Below, in pieces: positions 9,139 through 19,874 of a stretch of 64,000 nucleotides of DNA. The position numbers and the translations under genes were made by a program. Under the pieces are notes generated by a model. The model did not search any database. It saw only the letters and a list, made by a program, of their open reading frames with translations, and was not told the origin of the DNA. The DNA comes from a bacterium (GTDB lineage: Bacteria > UBA8248). The stretch covers positions 224,001-288,000 of the forward strand of contig OY843592.1 of the NCBI GenBank assembly GCA_963692865.2. Direction: 5' to 3'. Positions within the stretch are counted from its first letter, which is position 1; each line of letters begins with the position of its first letter.

Positions 9139-11487
9139 GTGACCGAATTCGATAACGCCAGGCGCGAGGCGGCCCTGCACGAGCGCTTCTCGCGGCTGTG
9201 CGCGGCCCTGGGGCGCATCGCCTCGAGCCTCGACCCGGGGACCGTGCTCCGCGAAGTCCTCGAGAGCGCCCGCGGGCTGAGCGGCGCGCGCCACGGCGTC
9301 GTCGTGACCCTCGACGAGTCGGGCGGGCCCGACGGCTTCAGGAGTTCGGGCATCGCCCCCGGGGAGCACCGGGGGCTGGTGGATTGGCCCGAGGGGCCGC
9401 GGTTTCTGGAACACTTCCGCGATCTGGCGGAACCGCTGCGCCTGGCGGACCTGCGCGCCCACGCGCAGGCGCTCGGCTTCTCCCCGGACCGCTTGCCGTG
9501 GCGGACGTTCCTGTGCGCGCCGATGCGCCATCGCGGCACGCGCGTCGGCAGCCTTTTCCTGGCCGGGAAGGAAGGCGGCGGGGCGTTCACCGGCGAAGAC
9601 GGGGAGGTGCTGGGGTTTCTCGCGAGCCAGGCCGCGGCCGCGCTCGCCAACGCGCGGGCGCACCGCGCCGAGCGGCGCGCGCGGGCCGACCTCGAGGCCC
9701 TGGTCGAGACCTCGCCGGTCGGCGTGGCGCTGTTCGACGCACAAACCGGCGCCCCGGTGTCGATCAACCGGGAGATGAGGCGGATCGGGGAGAAGCTGCG
9801 CACCGCGGGCCGCCCCGTGGAGGCGCTGCTCGAGGTGCTGATGTGCCGCTTCGCCGACGGGCGCGAGGTCGCGCTCGACGAGCTGCCCTTCGCGGCCGTG
9901 CTGAGCGGCGCCGAGACGGTGCGCGCCGAGGAGGTCGTGCTCTCGGTGCCCGACGGGCGCAGCGTCACGGCGCTGATCAACGCGACGCCGATCCACGGCG
10001 AGGACGGCGCGGTGGTGTCGACGGTCGTCACCATGCAGGACATGGCGCCGCTCCAGGAGCTCGAGCGGATGCGCGTGGAGTTCCTGGGCATGGTCAGCCA
10101 CGAGCTGCGCGCGCCGCTGACCTCGATCAAGGGCTCGACCGCCGCGGTGCTCGGCGCCGGGCGGGTCTTCGGTCCGGTCGAGATGCGCGAGTTCTTCCGC
10201 CTCATCGACGGGCAGGCCGATCACATGATCGGCCTGGTCGCCGACCTGCTGGACACGGGGCTCATCGACGCGGGCAGGCTGTCGGTCTCTCCCGAGCCCA
10301 CCGACGCGGGCGTCCTGGTGGAGCGGGCGAGGAACGCGTTCGTCTCGGGCGGCGGGCGCAACGCCGTGCTGATCGACCTCCCGCCGGACCTGCCCCGGGT
10401 GATGGCCGACCGCCAGCGCATCGAGCAGGTGCTGAACAACCTTTTGCGCAACGCCGCCCGGCACTCTCCCGGGACGTCGCCCGTCCGGGTGTCGGCGGAG
10501 CGCGACGGCGTGCACGTGGCGCTCTCGGTCTCCGACGAGGGCCGGGGGCTTGCGGCCGGGCAGCTGCCGCGTCTTTTCCGGAAGTATGCCGGTTTCGGCG
10601 GCGATGAGGGGGAGCGCGGAGCCGGCGGGGGATACGGCCTGGGCCTGTTCATCTGCAAGGGGCTGGTGGAGGCGCACGGGGGGCGCATCCGGGCGGAGAG
10701 CGCGGGCATCGGCCGGGGCGCGACTTTCACCTTCACGCTCCCCGCGGCCGAAGAGGCCGCCGATCCGTCCGCCTCCGCCCCGGGGCTTTCCCGTCCCCCC
10801 CGCGGGGAGAGCGAATCCATGACCGTACTCGCGGTGGACGACGACCCCGAGACGCTCCGCTACCTCCGCGACGCCCTCGCCGGGGCGGGCTACGCCCCGG
10901 TCGTGACCGCCGACCACCGGGAGCTCTCCCGGATCATCGCGGCCGAGAGGCCCCGCCTGGTCCTGCTCGACCTGATGCTCCCGGGGACCGACGGGATCGA
11001 ACTGATGGAAACCGTCCCCGGACTGGCCGACCTGCCGGTCATCTTCATCTCCGCCTACGATCGCGACGAGACGGTCGCCAGGGCGCTCGAGAGCGGCGCC
11101 GCCGACTACATCGTCAAGCCCTTCTCGCCGACGGAGCTCGTGGCGCGGATCCGGGCCGCGCTCCGCAGGCGGGCCGGACCCGAACCCTTCGTGCTCGGGG
11201 AGCTGGCCATCCGCCACGAGCAGCGCCTCGTGACCCTGGCCGGACGCGAGGTCCGGCTCACGGCCACCGAGTACGACCTGCTGCGCGCGCTCTCCTCGGC
11301 CGCCGGGCGGGTCCTGACCTACGATACGCTGCTGCGCCGGGTCTGGGGCGAGAGCCGCACCGGCCGTACGGAGCGGCTGCGCACCGTCGTCAAGAAGCTG
11401 CGCCGCAAGCTCGGCGACGACCCCGCCGCGCCCTCGTACATCCTCAACGTGCGCGGGGTCGGCTACCGCATGGCCGCGCCGGAGTGA
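9139..11487 (+). CDS. Cytoplasmic hybrid sensor kinase fused to an OmpR-type regulator (GAF-PAS-HisKA-HATPase-REC-wHTH)
   Basis: SHELRAPL H-box, NLLRNA, DEGRG, GLGL; receiver VDDD/LLDLMLP/KPF; winged helix LTATEY...NVRGVGY. GTG 9139 follows GGGGAGG. Confidence 0.9.
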   Translation: MTEFDNARREAALHERFSRLCAALGRIASSLDPGTVLREVLESARGLSGARHGVVVTLDESGGPDGFRSSGIAPGEHRGLVDWPEGPRFLEHFRDLAEPLRLADLRAHAQALGFSPDRLPWRTFLCAPMRHRGTRVGSLFLAGKEGGGAFTGEDGEVLGFLASQAAAALANARAHRAERRARADLEALVETSPVGVALFDAQTGAPVSINREMRRIGEKLRTAGRPVEALLEVLMCRFADGREVALDELPFAAVLSGAETVRAEEVVLSVPDGRSVTALINATPIHGEDGAVVSTVVTMQDMAPLQELERMRVEFLGMVSHELRAPLTSIKGSTAAVLGAGRVFGPVEMREFFRLIDGQADHMIGLVADLLDTGLIDAGRLSVSPEPTDAGVLVERARNAFVSGGGRNAVLIDLPPDLPRVMADRQRIEQVLNNLLRNAARHSPGTSPVRVSAERDGVHVALSVSDEGRGLAAGQLPRLFRKYAGFGGDEGERGAGGGYGLGLFICKGLVEAHGGRIRAESAGIGRGATFTFTLPAAEEAADPSASAPGLSRPPRGESESMTVLAVDDDPETLRYLRDALAGAGYAPVVTADHRELSRIIAAERPRLVLLDLMLPGTDGIELMETVPGLADLPVIFISAYDRDETVARALESGAADYIVKPFSPTELVARIRAALRRRAGPEPFVLGELAIRHEQRLVTLAGREVRLTATEYDLLRALSSAAGRVLTYDTLLRRVWGESRTGRTERLRTVVKKLRRKLGDDPAAPSYILNVRGVGYRMAAPE

Positions 11488-11753
11488 CGCCGGGCGGCCG
11501 TTTCCCTCATGTCCCCGTTCCGCACGTCGCCCCGCCGCAAGCCCGCATTTTTTTGCTGATTTAGGCCAAGTTTTATCATATTCACATCATAATACGAGAT
11601 AATCACACGAATACTTAACACAAGATCGCATGCGACGGTGTATAATAAAATAAAAGGTAAAAGCATGAGGCGGCGCGGTCCGCCCGGATCGACGCCGTCT
11701 CGGAACTCCGGGAAAGGAAAGGTGAACAAGAAAAACGTAAGGGAGGCGATGAC

Positions 11754-14700
11754 ATGACCAGGTGGACAGCCCCGGCGGTATCTGCCAGATTAGGGAAGAG
11801 CCGAACTCCGAACTCCGAACTCCGAACTCCGAACTCCGAACTCCGAACTCCGAACTCCGAACTCCGAACTCCGAACTCCGAACTCCGAACTCCGAACTCC
11901 GAACTCCGAACTCCGAACTCCGAACTCCGAACTCCGAACTCCGATTAGATAGCCCGGCCCGACGCCTCGCGGGAAGCGCCCGCCGGGCCGCCGGCCTCCT
12001 CGTCATCGCCCTGCTGGCGTCCCTCGCCCTGCTGCCGCCCGCCCCGGCGCAGGCGCAAGCGGTCAGCGTCAGCAATATTTCGGAGACTGCCGCTGGTAAT
12101 TTGCTCGTTGAAAGCGCAGGCGCCCAAGTTTACGCCAATAAGTTCACCACCGGGGGCACCAGCACCGACCGCTACACGCTGAACTCTGTCATTATCGATG
12201 TTGCTAATTCTGGATCAGGAGCGCTGGAGGTCTCGATCCACGTCGGCAGTGGCACCAATCCGGGAAACAAAATCGGCAGCAACCTGACCGGCACTATCGG
12301 CTCCAGCGGCGGCAACACGACCTATACAGCGAGCGGCATCACCCTGAACGGCGGCACCACCTATTTCGTGCAAGTCCGCAAAACGACCGCGGGGAGCCGC
12401 AGTATAGGTACAACCAATAGCAATACGGAGACCGCCAGCACCGGGTGGAGTGCAACTATCGCGGACGACGCTCGCTTTGACACCATTGCCTCTAATTGGG
12501 ACAACCTTGGAAGAGCTCTCCGCTTCACCGTCAACGCGACGACCCAGTCGACGACCCCCACCCCCCCGACGCTGACCACCTCCTCGGTGTCTTCCGTGTC
12601 TTACACCACTTTAGTCAACATTCCTTCTGGTAGCGACCCATGGAACCCGAGTTGGTCTTTCTTGAGGAATGCCCCTTTGAGAGGAGTGGCCAGACCGGGC
12701 GCCACCCCCTGCGCCACCGGCACGACACTGGAGATCGGCTGGTACAAGAGCACCGCGCTGACCACTCTGTTGGGAAACATCACTATCAGCAGCGGCCTCT
12801 ACACTTTGACCGCCACCCCCACGACCGCCGGCGAGTACCGAGCGCTGGCCTACTGCAAGAGGGGCACGACCTACTCGACCCCGGTGAACCTGATGCGGGG
12901 CGGCGGGGTGACGCTGACGGCTGGCCCGGCCCTCACCGCCAATCCTATCAGGGCGACGAGTGCACGTCTGACGATCACGAATCACACGTCCGCGTGGTGG
13001 TACAAGCGGACCGCCCCGATCGCCGGGACCTGCACCTCGGTCGCCGCGGGCACGACGCATGCGGACCTGAGCTCGCTGACCGCGGGCACGTCCTACACCT
13101 ACAAGGCGTATTCGGCGACGGGCTGCAACACGGCGAACGAGATCGCGAGCGTGACCTTTCAGACGGCCAGCGTCTCGACGCCCGTCAACCTGCGCGCGGA
13201 GCCGGGCAACGGGCAGATGACCCTGCGCTGGACCACGGTTACCGGAGCGCGGGGCTACCAGTACCGTGCGCTGGAGGGCAGCCGCATCGTCAGGCAGGAC
13301 TGGTTCCCGGGCAGCTACGGCGGCGACACCAGCGGCGTCGTGACCGGCCTGACCAACGGCACCGCCTACCAATTCCAGGTGCGGGCCATGCGGCGGGGCC
13401 CCGCCACGAGGTACATCGAGTGGGTGCCCGGTCCGTGGTCGAACGCGATCTCCGCCGCGCCGGTGGGGCCGCCGCCGGCCGTGTGCAGCGGGCGCCTGAC
13501 CGGGGACGGCAGCGTGACCGGACGCTGGACCGGGGACTACGGCTTCGGGACCCGGGGCTGGGCGCCGGACTGCGCGTCGGCCAAGCGCGCCGGCCACGCC
13601 ACGCGCTACTGGCGCTTCACGCTGGCCGGGCGGTCGACGGTGACCATCGACCTCCGGTCCGGCGACGCCGATCCCTGGCTCTACCTCTGGTCGGGCGTCG
13701 ACCGGATGGACGGCACGCCGCTCGCCTGGAACGACGACGCGGGGGGCAGCCGGAACTCGCGGATCGTCCGCACGCTCGCGGCGGGGACCTACACCGTCGA
13801 GACGACGACCTATCGCCGCCTGGACGAGGGTCGGTTCACCCTGACGGTGAGCGGCCTGGGCAGGACCGCGCCGGCGCCGGCGCAGCCGACCGGCTTCGGG
13901 GCCGAGGCGGGCGACCGGCAGGTGACGCTTCGCTGGGACGCGATGGACGGCGTGACCGGGTGGCAGGTCGAGCGTGACGGCGTGTGGACCGACGCCGGCG
14001 ACGGCCTGGCCACCGGCCACACGGTGACGGGCCTCGCCAACGGCAGGACCTACCGCTTCCGGGTGCGCGCGGTGAACGACGCCGGGCGGGGGCGGCCCTC
14101 GGCGCCGGTGTCGGTGACGCTCGATGCCGCCTCGGGTCCGGGGCAGGCGCCGTCGGAGTCCCGGTGCACGCAGCGCCTCGCCGGGGACGGCAGCGTGACC
14201 GGCCGCTGGGCGGCCGGATGCGACTCGATCGACCGCAGAGGCCGCCACGCGCGCTGGTACGAGCTCACGCTGGCGGAGCGCCGGGAGATGACCATCTATC
14301 TCGGTTCCCGCACCGACGCGTTCCTCTACCTCCGCTCCGGCGCCCAGCAGCGCAGCGGCAGGGCGCTCGAGTACGACGACGACGGCGGGCGGGGGTACGA
14401 TTCTCGCATCAGGCGCACGCTCGACGCGGGGACGTACACCATCGAGGCGACGACCTTCGACCCCGGGACGGGAGACTTCACGCTGACCGTCTTCGGAGGG
14501 GGCGGCGCCGCGACGCAGCAACCGGAGGAGGAGACTGAGACGACGACGCCCTCGCCGCCGGCGGCCGAGCCGGCGCTCCGCGTGTCGGACGCCCAGGCGG
14601 ACGAGGGCCACCCCTACGCCTCGGGCGAGATGCACTTCACGGTGACGCTGTCGCCGGCGGCGGCGCACCCGGTGAGCGTGAGCTACACGACGCGCGACGG

Positions 14701-16354
14701 AACGGCGCGGGGCGATTTGTACGGTCTCCACGGAGACTACGAGACAGAGTACGGCAGGATGTCGTTCGCTCCGGGGGAGACGCGGAAGACGGTGACGGTC
14801 GACCTGATCGGCGACTGGCACGACGAGGGGCCGGAGACCTTCTACCTGGTGCTCTCCGACGCACGGGGGGCGACCATCGCCGACGGGGAAGGCGTCGGCA
14901 CCATCGTCAACGACGACCCGATCCCGGCGGCGTGGACGGCGCGCTTCGGGCGCACGGTGGCGGACCAGGTGGTCGGCGCGGTGGGCGAGCGCCTTCGGGG
15001 CGCTTCCGCGCCCGGCGTGAGGCTGGGCGGCCATCGCCTCTCCGCGGAGGGGAAGGGTTTTCCCGCGGGGGGTCCGGATGCCCGTCCCGGTGCGGGGGAT
15101 TCGTTCCTTGCGGGCGCGGGGAAGTTCGCCCGCGCCCTGAACGCGCGGACGGGGGAGGATGAGGAGCAGCACTGGCGCGAGCTCGACATGGGCGCCCTGC
15201 TTCTGGCCAGTTCGTTCCACCTCGCCTCCGCGGGGGACGTGAAGGCGGGCCCGCGCTGGTCGGTCTGGGGCCGGGGGGCGCACTCGGGCTTCGACGGCGC
15301 GGAAGATGCGCTCACCCTCGAGGGCGAGGTGACGACGGCGACGCTGGGAGCGGACTTCGAGCGCGGCCGCTGGCTCGTGGGCGCGGCGCTCTCGCGAAGC
15401 TCCGGCGAGGGGAGCTACGCGACGCAAGGCGCCTGCGACGCGGGCTGTTCGGGCGAGGTGGAGAGCGCCCTCACCGGCTTCTACCCCTATGCGCGCTACC
15501 GGGTGAGCGATGTGTTCACGCTGTGGGGCGTCGTCGGCCACGGACAGGGCGACCTGACGCTCACGCCCGCGGACGGGGTCTCGCACGAGACCGATCTCGA
15601 CGCGAGCATGGCGGCCGCGGGCGCGCGGGGCGTCCTGCTGCCCGCCCGCGAACCGGGCGGGTTCGAACTGGCCCTGCGCGCGGACCTGCTCGTGACGCGG
15701 ACGCGTTCGGACGCCGCGCCGGATCTGGCGGCGGCCGAGGCGGAGACGAGCCGGGTGCGGCTCCTGCTCGAGGGCTCGCGCATCATCCCTCTGGCCGGCG
15801 GCGCGGTGCTGACGCCCTCGGTGGAGCTCGGGCTCCGCCACGAGGGGGGCGACGCGGAGACGGGCGGCGGCCTGGAGCTGGGCGGTTCGCTCCGCTACGC
15901 CTCGGGCGGCCTCTCGGTGGAGATGAGCGCGCGGGGGCTCGTAGCGCACTCCGAGAGCGACTACGGGGAATGGGGCGTGAGCGGCTCGGTGCGCTACGCG
16001 CCGGGCAAGGACGGGCGCGGGCTGTCGCTCAGGGCCGGCTCCTCCTGGGGGGCGGCCGCGGGCGGCGCGGAACATCTGTGGTCGGGAGCCCTCCGGAACT
16101 TCCCGCCGGGAGGAGGCTTCGAGCCCGGAACGGGTTTCGAGGCCGAGGCGGCCTGGGGGCTCGACGCCTGGCGCGGCCTGCTGACGCCCTATACGGGCGT
16201 GGCGCTCATCGGGAGCGGTGAAACCTGGCGCACCGGGGCGCGCTGGAAGTCCGGCGCGGATACCGAGGTGAGCCTCGAGGCCAGCCTCACCGAACCCGGC
16301 GGCGGGACGGGGACCGAAGGCGGCGTGTACCTGAGCGGCTCGAAGCGGTGGTGA
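11754..16354 (+). CDS. Large autotransporter-like adhesin (FN3, pre-peptidase C-like, Calx-beta, C-terminal beta-barrel); out of frame with its best start codon
   Basis: Signal h-region ending AQAQA; FN3 motifs (GLTNGTAYQFQVRA, GLANGRTYRFRVRAVN); PPC-like repeats (DPWLYL...NDDAG); Calx-beta (DEGPETFYLVLS); barrel ending in W. ATG 11754 behind GGGAGG reads to TAG 11946-11948; the long frame is 11762-16354. Confidence 0.85.
11801..11944 (+). repeat. Perfect heptanucleotide tandem repeat (CCGAACT)x20 + CCGA
   Basis: 11801-11940 is 140 bp = 20 exact units, counted directly. Confidence 0.97.
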
Positions 16355-16381
16355 GCCGCGCCAGCGGCGAATGAGGCGGGA

Positions 16382-16416
16382 GGCGCCGCGGGAGCGATCC
16401 CGCGGCGCCCTTTTTT
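16382..16416 (+). terminator. Rho-independent terminator
   Basis: 12-bp stem GGCGCCGCGGGA/TCCCGCGGCGCC, GCGA loop, then T6. Confidence 0.85.
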
Positions 16417-16809
16417 GTCACGGATGCGTAGGGATGTCCGGCCGACCCGGATGGCGGCGGCGCGGCCCGCCCGGACTTTTCGGTCCGTTGCCGCGACCCG
16501 GCCGCGACAGGGTGCGCAGGGGTCGTAACCAACCCGCTTGCGTCTTGATTACATTTGTTCTCGTGGACTCCCAACCGGATTGAAAACAACGACTTGGTTT
16601 TCATATGCTGGATATATCGATAAAATAAGACAAATTCAGATAAATTCACGGGGTTTTTCGATAAATTGACGATGTTTTTCCGGAAATGAAATCGACGAAA
16701 AAAACGCGGCCCGGCGGGGGTTATCCCCGCGGCGCGATGATGTATATTAGGCGCATAGACGACCGCATGAAACCGGGAAATGCGACGAAACGAGAGGAGA
16801 TGCGAGCAA

Positions 16810-17529
16810 ATGCCTGAAATCATCGACCTATGCATGCCCGTCCACATGTGGATGGAGCGCTACCCGGGCACGCCGCAGCCCGTCATCCAGCTGATCGAGA
16901 CGACGTATGAGTCCGCCAGGCGCATCGGCACCGACAAGATGGGCTTTCCCGAACTCTTCGCCCACAGCGTGTGCATCTTCAGCGAGCATTGCGGCACCCA
17001 CATCGACGCGAGAAGCCACGGCGGCATGAACGACTCGTGGTCCGAGGATATCCCGCTGGAGAAGTGCTACGGACCGGGCCTGAGACTCGACATGCGGGGC
17101 AAGAAACCCGGCGAGGCCATTCAAATCAGCGACTTAGAAAAAGCCCTCGCCAAAGAGGATTATACGATACAAGGCGGGGAAATCGTCTTTCTCTGGACGG
17201 GGGCGGCCGCCTACAACGACGAGCCGCGCTACCTGACGGATCATCCCGGCATGGTGGGCGAGAGCGCGGAGTGGCTCATCGACCAGGGCGTGTGCGTCAT
17301 GGGCATCGACGCGCCGGGCTTCGATCTGCCCATCAAAGAGATGCTCGAGCGGCGCGACCCCTGGCCGTGCCACCGCCTCTTCCAGACGCGCGAATACTGG
17401 CACATCGAGAACCTCTGCAACCTGGACGCCATCCCCGCCGCGCACGGGTTCACGGCGAGCGTCCTGCCGCTTCACTGGCGAGGCGCCACGGGAACGCACA
17501 TCCGCGCCGTCGCCATCGTGAACGGGTAG
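16810..17529 (+). CDS. Cyclase / kynurenine formamidase-family metal hydrolase
   Basis: HCGTHIDARSH motif, GIDAP, HIENL. Confidence 0.88.
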   Translation: MPEIIDLCMPVHMWMERYPGTPQPVIQLIETTYESARRIGTDKMGFPELFAHSVCIFSEHCGTHIDARSHGGMNDSWSEDIPLEKCYGPGLRLDMRGKKPGEAIQISDLEKALAKEDYTIQGGEIVFLWTGAAAYNDEPRYLTDHPGMVGESAEWLIDQGVCVMGIDAPGFDLPIKEMLERRDPWPCHRLFQTREYWHIENLCNLDAIPAAHGFTASVLPLHWRGATGTHIRAVAIVNG

Positions 17530-17535
17530 ACGAAA

Positions 17536-18594
17536 GTGGCTTTCATGGGCCGGGAGGACGCCGTCCGGGCCGGGAATCGGGCGCTCCGCCTCATCGTTTT
17601 CTCGCTCTCGCTACTCGTCACTTCGTTCCTGACGGCGGGAACCGGCGATGCCGCGAAAGCGTCCAACTCACTGAAATCGAACGCGAAAAAAAACCAGCGG
17701 CGTGAGATGCGCATCAAACTGTATAAGCGTACGCTCCGGAGCCATCTCGCATCCGACCCCTATCCGTTGATCGATCTGGAAATCTCGCTCGATCGCTGGA
17801 AGAGCACAGCACTACTTATCGAGGGCATGAACCGCGCGGGCGTCGCGCTCGGAGCGGTCACTTCGGCAAATGAGAAGGCCATCAAAAAGGCGGTCGAGCG
17901 CTATCCCGGGCGGTTGATTCCGCTCACCACCTCGGCAGTTCAAAAAGGCTGGGCGCAGACCGAGGGAGACTACTTATCGAGTATCAAACGGCAACTTGAG
18001 GGCGGCGCGTTCGGGATCGGAGGGATTACGTGGCGGCCTGTATCTTCCAACAAGACCCAAAAGGAGCAAATCAAAGAAGCATTAGGAGCGATCATCCGGC
18101 TGGCGATGGAAAGGCGGAGCCTCCTCCTATTCGACATGCCGCCCGATGACGGCGGTCTGGAACTGATCGAGCGGCTATCGAGGGCGGCGCCCGAGGCGAG
18201 AATCATCTGGACGCAAGCCGGCAGGATATTGAATTTGAACGCCTTGCCCGGCTACGGACACGGCCTCCTGCGGGCGCTGAGTCTCAGGCACCCAGGCCTC
18301 CTCTTCACGCTGACCCAGGATCCGCCTGCCGCCGCCGATTCACCCCCTCCAAGAACAAACCATCTGTATGACCCGGGCGGGGCCTTCTCCCGTGAATGGC
18401 GGGCGCTGCTCGAAGCGCGCGTGGGGCATTTCACGGTCGGGAACGATTCCTCCCCGGCCGACCCAGTGATATATACGAGAAGAACTCTCTTCTTTCGTGA
18501 AAATGTCCTTGGAAAGCTCAGCCCGGCTGCCAGAAAGCTGATCACCTACCGAAACGCATGGCGTCTGCTGACAAACCGCAACTGGAATCCTTGA
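17536..18594 (+). CDS. Exported amidohydrolase-fold (TIM barrel)-like protein with degenerate metal ligands
   Basis: N-terminal hydrophobic segment; MNRAGV, RYPGRLIP, GIGG, and terminal ITYRNAWRLL resemble Amidohydro_2, but the expected His ligands are missing. Confidence 0.55.
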   Translation: MAFMGREDAVRAGNRALRLIVFSLSLLVTSFLTAGTGDAAKASNSLKSNAKKNQRREMRIKLYKRTLRSHLASDPYPLIDLEISLDRWKSTALLIEGMNRAGVALGAVTSANEKAIKKAVERYPGRLIPLTTSAVQKGWAQTEGDYLSSIKRQLEGGAFGIGGITWRPVSSNKTQKEQIKEALGAIIRLAMERRSLLLFDMPPDDGGLELIERLSRAAPEARIIWTQAGRILNLNALPGYGHGLLRALSLRHPGLLFTLTQDPPAAADSPPPRTNHLYDPGGAFSREWRALLEARVGHFTVGNDSSPADPVIYTRRTLFFRENVLGKLSPAARKLITYRNAWRLLTNRNWNP

Positions 18595-18723
18595 TTCGAG
18601 AAATTCCCCCCGAATCCGTTGCATCAGGCCCTGCGCACGGGGATAATGCCGTCTCTCGGGACTGGAAGCGTCCTGAACAAATGATTTTCCGATAATTGAG
18701 CTTACGCGCAAGGAGTTCGCCTC

Positions 18724-19872
18724 ATGTACAGCATACGCCACCCGAAACGAACCTGGTTCGGCTTGGGAACCATAGCGAAAATCAAGGATGAAGCGGCGTT
18801 TCTGGGCGCCCGCAACGCGCTTTTCTTGACAGACAAGGGCGTGAGAGGCGCAGGCGTAGCGGACATGGCGCTGGCCCCTCTCGAGGAGGCAGGCGTCGAA
18901 GTCACGATATACGATGAATGCCCGCCCGAACCCGCCATCGGCGACCTCGAAAATGCCTTTGCGGAGTTCCAAAACGCCTCTTTCGACCTCGTCGTCGGGG
19001 TCGGAGGCGGCAGTTCGATGGACATGGCGAAATCCATTGGCGTATTGCTGGGGAATGACGGCGCGCCCAGGGATTATCTGGGGGTAGAACTCGTGCCGAA
19101 ACCGGGCCTCTCCACCATTTTGGCACCCACCACGAGCGGAACCGGCGCCGAAGCCACGCCCAACGCCATCTTCTCGGTGCCGGAAGAACAGGTGAAACTG
19201 GCCATCGTGAGTACGCACGTCATCCCGTTCGCCGCCATCGTCGACCCGAAACTCACGCTTTCCGCCCCGCCGAAAGTCACCTCCGCCGCCGGTGTGGACG
19301 CCTTCACGCATTGCTTGGAAACCTACGTGGCCAGAAACGCCACGCCATTGAGCGAGACGTACAGTCTGGAGGGTATGAAACTCATCGCCCGCTCCTTGAG
19401 GCGCGTATGCGCCGATGGAAGCGACATCGAAGCCAGAACCGATATGGCCCTGGGCTCATACTACGGCGGGGTTGCGCTCGCAGGAGCCGGGGCGGGCGCC
19501 ATCCACGCCCTGGCGTATCCGCTCGGCTCGCGGTTTCACATCCCGCACGGGGTCAGCAACTCGCTGATGTTCTCCCACGTCATGAAGGAAAACCACGCGG
19601 CGGCGCCGGAGAAGTTCGCTCGCATCGCCCAAATACTGGGCGAATCCATCGATAAGATGTCCACGGCTGAAGCTGCCGAGCTTTCCGTCGGCGCGGTCGA
19701 GAAACTTTGTCGCGATTGCGGGGTGCCCACCCGGCTCGACGAAGTCGATGTCCCCGCACACGCGATACCGGAGTTGGCCGAAGCCGCCTTCAAGCTCGAA
19801 CGTCTTTTGAATTGCAATCCCAAAGAACTTACGCTCGAGGACATCGAGAGAATCTATCGCGCCGCGGCTTGA
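18724..19872 (+). CDS. Iron-containing alcohol dehydrogenase
   Basis: GGGSSMD, PTTSGTGAE, DAFTH, HALAY, HG metal-binding motifs. Confidence 0.93.
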   Translation: MYSIRHPKRTWFGLGTIAKIKDEAAFLGARNALFLTDKGVRGAGVADMALAPLEEAGVEVTIYDECPPEPAIGDLENAFAEFQNASFDLVVGVGGGSSMDMAKSIGVLLGNDGAPRDYLGVELVPKPGLSTILAPTTSGTGAEATPNAIFSVPEEQVKLAIVSTHVIPFAAIVDPKLTLSAPPKVTSAAGVDAFTHCLETYVARNATPLSETYSLEGMKLIARSLRRVCADGSDIEARTDMALGSYYGGVALAGAGAGAIHALAYPLGSRFHIPHGVSNSLMFSHVMKENHAAAPEKFARIAQILGESIDKMSTAEAAELSVGAVEKLCRDCGVPTRLDEVDVPAHAIPELAEAAFKLERLLNCNPKELTLEDIERIYRAAA

Positions 19873-19874
19873 AA

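Noticed and set aside
11801-11944. CRISPR array
   Set aside because: Contiguous 7-bp units without spacers, and no cas genes.
8995-16075. Long antisense ORFs (740 aa, 1154 aa), and likewise 57743-60412 (889 aa)
   Set aside because: Shadow frames of high-GC genes on the opposite strand, with no recognisable motifs.
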